DNA of 20,252 nt, taken from the NCBI GenBank assembly GCA_049424145.1, contig JBMSSC010000038.1:1-20252 (forward strand), given 5' to 3'. This document shows positions 18,301 to 20,252 of this stretch, piece by piece (position 1 is the first letter of the stretch; the number at the start of each line of letters is the position of its first letter). The notes beneath the pieces were generated by a model. It did not search any database, was not told where the DNA came from, and worked only from the letters and a program-made list of their open reading frames with translations. Source of the DNA: Bdellovibrionia bacterium. GTDB taxonomy: Bacteria; Bdellovibrionota; UBA1018. A program made the translations under genes and the position numbers.

Positions 18301-20018
18301 AGAACTTGAGAAACAGAACTAGCCACTTGAGAACTGAGAACTCCCCCCAAGGATTGAATCGAAGCAGAAACGGATCCAGGACCTACTGCAGTCAAATCAC
18401 CCGAAAGACCTGTGAGATACGATCCCAAATCTTGCTTCCCTAAGACGCGGACATCGACATAATCCTGACTCACTGCACCCAGAGTAGACGTAGTGCTCCC
18501 GGCTGCTAGACTTAACTCACCACTCAAGGTATCTCCTATTGGACTCACAGGAGTGTAACCGAGAGCCGCAAGCACATCGGATCCCTGAAGCATCACAGCT
18601 CCAGTGCGCCCATTGAACTGAGGCACTCCACTTAAACTTCCTAAGGCGGTGGTGAGTTGATCATCAAAATACTGTTTCGTCGCAGCGTGCGTAGCTTGGG
18701 TAGGAGCTCCGGCTAGAGAAAAGTACCCCGAAGGGTTAACGGAGAAAAGAGCATTACCGAGAGAATCTTGAAGTTCAAGTAGACTTGCGTTTGTAGCGCT
18801 TGCTCCGCGGATGATTTGGCCTCTTCCAGAGGCGGAGGACGAAGACACTTGAAACTGAGACTGAGGAGTGAAGTGTCCTAAAGAGAGCTTACCACTGCCC
18901 GTCAATATCATCTGAGTCGATGAGAACTGATCCGAGGACCCTGCTGGGCCTCCATTGGAAGTCTTAAACTCAATCTGGCTTCCCGCACTGCCAGTTGAAC
19001 TCCCCGAGGAAAGGATGAGAGATCCTCCCGCTTGATTAGTCGAGCCAGAGGTTGCCCCTCCAGCACTGAACGTGAGTGAACGACCGGGCCCACCCGGTGA
19101 GGAATTACGTTGAACCTGAATGATACGATCAGAGGCCCCCCCCAGAGAGATATCGGCTGTAGGGACCACAAGCCCCACGCCTAGACTCCCCACAGTAAAA
19201 GCGGTTGCGACTCCTGAGTTCAGATCAATCAGTGAGCTTTTTTTCAAATAAACCGAGTCGTGGTGATGTAAGGCTGAAGCATCTTCAGCACTGGTGAGCA
19301 CTGATAGGGTTGCTAAGGATACGTTGCCTTGAAAGGAGGGACTTGCAGCGACGCGAATCAAATCCTTTGCCTCTAGTCCTTGTAAGCTTTGAGTGATGGA
19401 GACTGAGGCTTGAGAGCCAATGACAACATCGGGAGTCAAAGTGGAAGGAATCGCTGTCAACTGAGGAGTCACTGTGATTCTGAGTCTTCTTGAATCTCCG
19501 CTCAGAGGAGTATACCCGGATGGGCAATTGACTCTTGGGCTTTGCTGAGAGGAAACCTCATTGGAGAAAACTTGCTTCATGCTGAGTCTCGGATCGTCCT
19601 CTGTTCTCTGAGTTGAGCTGGGGAAAGATCCCACTTGGAGTCGAAAAAAACCATTGGAAGCCATCAGATTGATGTTTTTTTGTGATTCTTCATAGAGCAA
19701 GCAGGTTCCACTGGGATCGTAGATCGAGAAACGTAGATCCACAAAATCCAGCAATGGAGCTGTACCCACTGAATTCATCAGTCGACCTTGGTAGGTAAAT
19801 GACTGAGGCGTATCTGAGGTCAACGCCAATGTTGGGAATACAAGCAAAAGGGGAGCGAGGCGAAAGACCTGACGACCCCAAAAGTAGCCTGCTGCTCGAA
19901 GAAGACTTCTCTCCCAAGACAAACACCCCAAGAACCACCGGGCGTAGCCAACATCTAGGAATACAGTTTTTCTTGAATTCCTCATGTTTTTTCCAAAATC
20001 GAGCTTAAACCACTCCAA
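12333..20018 (-). CDS. Giant trimeric fibre/adhesin-like surface protein (2561 aa) with three YadA-head-like beta-roll modules; resembles Bdellovibrio mosaic tail-fibre-like adhesins
   Basis: Hydrophobic signal-like segment, then an N-domain FTYQGRL...IYDPSGTCLLYEE...GFFRLQVG. Repeated fibre motifs: AATKxYVD necks, LGYTP...GDT(L/M)SG, FNGRTGAV and GNVGIG. Head regions show 14-residue S-x-A-x-G repeats. The C-terminal domain runs TINFDAGNIQ...VYVSWVQDFE. No beta-barrel anchor or S74 chaperone was recognised. Start is uncertain (TTG 20018 or ATG 19985). Confidence 0.88.
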   Translation of the reverse strand: MEWFKLDFGKNMRNSRKTVFLDVGYARWFLGCLSWERSLLRAAGYFWGRQVFRLAPLLLVFPTLALTSDTPQSFTYQGRLMNSVGTAPLLDFVDLRFSIYDPSGTCLLYEESQKNINLMASNGFFRLQVGSFPSSTQRTEDDPRLSMKQVFSNEVSSQQSPRVNCPSGYTPLSGDSRRLRITVTPQLTAIPSTLTPDVVIGSQASVSITQSLQGLEAKDLIRVAASPSFQGNVSLATLSVLTSAEDASALHHHDSVYLKKSSLIDLNSGVATAFTVGSLGVGLVVPTADISLGGASDRIIQVQRNSSPGGPGRSLTFSAGGATSGSTNQAGGSLILSSGSSTGSAGSQIEFKTSNGGPAGSSDQFSSTQMILTGSGKLSLGHFTPQSQFQVSSSSASGRGQIIRGASATNASLLELQDSLGNALFSVNPSGYFSLAGAPTQATHAATKQYFDDQLTTALGSLSGVPQFNGRTGAVMLQGSDVLAALGYTPVSPIGDTLSGELSLAAGSTTSTLGAVSQDYVDVRVLGKQDLGSYLTGLSGDLTAVGPGSVSASIQSLGGVLSSQVASSVSQVLSATAGSSSGTLVTRDSFGNLNVASVTAQLIGDVLGTIIGTLTGNVTGSASLNVLKSGDTLSGELVLSGDPQENLGAATKAYVDLIFNTKQAPLGFTPVNRAGDTLSGSLLLSGNQTLRLGVYSSAEEAILVAGLTSSDRGKIWYNSNSNLIKYWNGSQVQSLGAAGAGLQTLNGLSVSNQGVNLTASGSGPSWSSSGSTHTLGVPLAQTGSVTAGLLSNADYVNFSNKQPALGYTPVSRLSDTMSGLLSLPSSGLSVGTNQLVVSGGNLGVGVTSPIDALVASGNVVFPWRMKGTGSSLSLLTSMPTGPEQYTLMFWDGKKGSLFSGRASGFNLSFYSPGDIGQGSAAFGVASRVSGNQTVAFGNGHWIDSFSSDSFASGRYGSTLSDAQGSAAFGEGEDINGAYNVFAAGQYNEMTSQAGFAVNGYNIVSGDYGFVSGKFNTSQEYASFIAGGEEDRALGRYSFSTGRGNYYSASYAQFTLGQYSRKTGTENPNASVSTDPVFVVGNGLGYGLDPSRPTFSATDPPSNAVMVLKNGNVGIGSDSPLARLEVIGTVSATTFVGSFSGNSTTATTANQLEGGGVGSLPYQSGDNATLMLALGSVGHVLTSSGTAPQWSTALGASSGGTGFSSYSGGDLISASSASNLSRLSIGSNGQALVVSSGSPSWGELNSSGEVTGNLASTSISGSAVLGKTLLGYSSSSGALSSLDSILTAIGKLDGNTTTRVSKSGDSMSGGLLLASVTPALNLQATNKQYVDAAVLGISTGVSSLQSRVGAVYLTASDVSSGLGYTPIGTSGGTMTGPLQLPSNGLTVGTNQLLVSGGRLGVGVASPSDALMVNGNLVIPYRTKDTGPSLVFPNYSGSSGDLTEMFWDGKKGSFFAGEAWGLVNFSQLNYYSTTFGYDSYALGPGSFVVGESSEAENYENTFTYGKYSHAYGENSFAGGYYSYADSATDALSIGYEVGAFGNYSAAFNAWAYSSGNDSSSFGNENYAGDSYAQFSIGYWSRNGYGYVSGNQWISTVDATQFVPTDPIFTISNDTALGAMEILKNGNVGIGLRSAPVKIAVAGTVSATTFIGTLSGNTLTASQGTNLSGGATGSIPYQTGVGTTSMLGLSASGSVLTSTLSMPQWSSSLGVSGGGTGLNSYSAGDLIVASASSSFSKLGIGSDGQALIVSSGSPSWGGLSLSGEVTGTLASTSISGVAVLGKTLLGFSSNAGTLSASESILSALGKLDGNVATRVSKSGDSMTGNLILSSESPTLNLQAATKQYVDSAVLGVQPGIASFNGQVGAVTLESSAVTGVLGYSPLNRAGDLMTGPLALPASGLRVGTTDLVLASGAVGIGVASPSDALTVGGNWVVPYRDWDTGGSVSLSNYAGGGVDDLTATFWDGKKGAFFAGEVVSAALTPSAMGYASATFGRDSKALGYSSFASGAGSQAVSDYSFASGFGNTASVEVNYGNDQFSFVVGRNNFANIDYSFVTGRDNQASDSIGEGYSAIALGRGNSVSRFIPIAIGLNNQATNYWGFAAGSNNSATAYESYALGVGNSASRYPSVAIGLSNQGTGDGATAIGSRNTSSGYDSFAAGLGNESKAYAQSAVGTYNQLKGGETVNTWVGTAPIFTVGNGSTSASRSNALMILKNGNIGVGTNSPAHRLVVNGAVSATAWMGSLSGNATTATTATNLSSGLAGSLPYQTAGAATAMLGIGASGRVLTSSGSSAPQWSASLGVSSGGTGITSYAAGDLIVATGASVLSKLGIGSNGQALVVSIGSLSWGSPESFSGTLSGDVTGTQSATTIADSVVTGKLLTGFSSTTGALSALDTVLGALGKLDGNIALLASRSGDTMSGALAVPSNGLIVGTNQLAISGGNLGIGTSTPGAALTINGRFRADGGQIAGAFATNSTGTINFDAGNIQTTSVAAGTLSVSTGTMNDGGAYTLAFNNSTGGNYTFSSSGMTFKCNPACPLVVTPGKDTVATLIKAGSTVYVSWVQDFE
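12800..14399 (-). repeat. Fibre internal module 3 (~530 aa; boundary approximate)
   Basis: LGYSPL...TFWDGKKG, then the longest head, ILKNGNIGVG, and a stalk ending GKLDGN. Confidence 0.8.
14400..15938 (-). repeat. Fibre internal module 2 (513 aa)
   Basis: Same motif order as module 1. Nucleotide similarity is visible: CCTAAAAGTGTnTTACCnAAAACAGCTnnnCCTGAGATCGA at 14671 and at 16210, 1539 bp apart. Confidence 0.85.
15939..17606 (-). repeat. Fibre internal module 1 (556 aa)
   Basis: Runs from LGYTPVS through MFWDGKKG, a variable head, VLKNGNVGIG and the stalk (SLPYQ..APQWS..IGSNGQALVVSSG..GKLDGN) to the next LGYTP. Confidence 0.85.
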
Positions 20019-20042
20019 TTCCCCTTTTTATCTAATATCTTA

Positions 20043-20072
20043 AGAATAAAATATCTATACATAATTAGTCAA
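20043..20072 (-). promoter_or_regulatory. Putative sigma70 promoter for the fibre gene
   Basis: Minus strand TTGACT (20072-20067), 18-nt spacer, TATTCT (20048-20043), in an AT-rich tract 25 nt upstream of the ORF. Confidence 0.5.
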
Positions 20073-20252
20073 CTATTTACCTATCCTCTGTGCCTATCCA
20101 CCCATTCTGCCCAATTTCTCGATCCTCAAACTCGTCCAAGGTGTTTCAGTGTTTTTTCATCACTCGACGTGTCTCAAAAGACTCAGCAAAAGTCATCTAG
20201 GTCTTAAAGAATCTTCGATCGTTTCAACTTGAGACTTAATAAAAATGAAATA

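Noticed and set aside
13033..20008. Many short ORFs inside the fibre gene, including the similar pair 14503-14796 and 16135-16407
   Set aside because: They are shadow ORFs, and their similarity just mirrors the stalk repeats.

Overview
Bacterial chromosomal window, about 45-50% GC by eye. The lineage is probably Bdellovibrionota/Oligoflexia-like, inferred only from the architecture of the giant fibre protein. Left to right it holds: the 5' part of a long-type urocanate hydratase (hutU, minus strand, missed by the ORF track); a divergent acyl-CoA dehydrogenase followed by a long inverted repeat; a TruC/RluA-family pseudouridine synthase; a secreted protein resembling a truncated metallopeptidase propeptide; a ~195-bp non-autonomous IS200/IS605 derivative that seems to keep a TnpB omegaRNA-like scaffold, plus a second right-end remnant; a secreted DSP-type phosphatase; a divergent Tgt; a GT4-GT9-SDR cluster whose GT9 heptosyltransferase has an in-frame TAG inside its Cys motif; and a 2561-aa surface fibre. 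The fibre has three tandem ~510-560-aa modules, each a conserved stalk with a different YadA-like beta-roll head. The best leads are the multi-headed fibre, the orphan omegaRNA-like mini-element, the amber-interrupted GT9 and a possible structured RNA at 6877-6964. All calls come from motif reading by eye; no searches were run.
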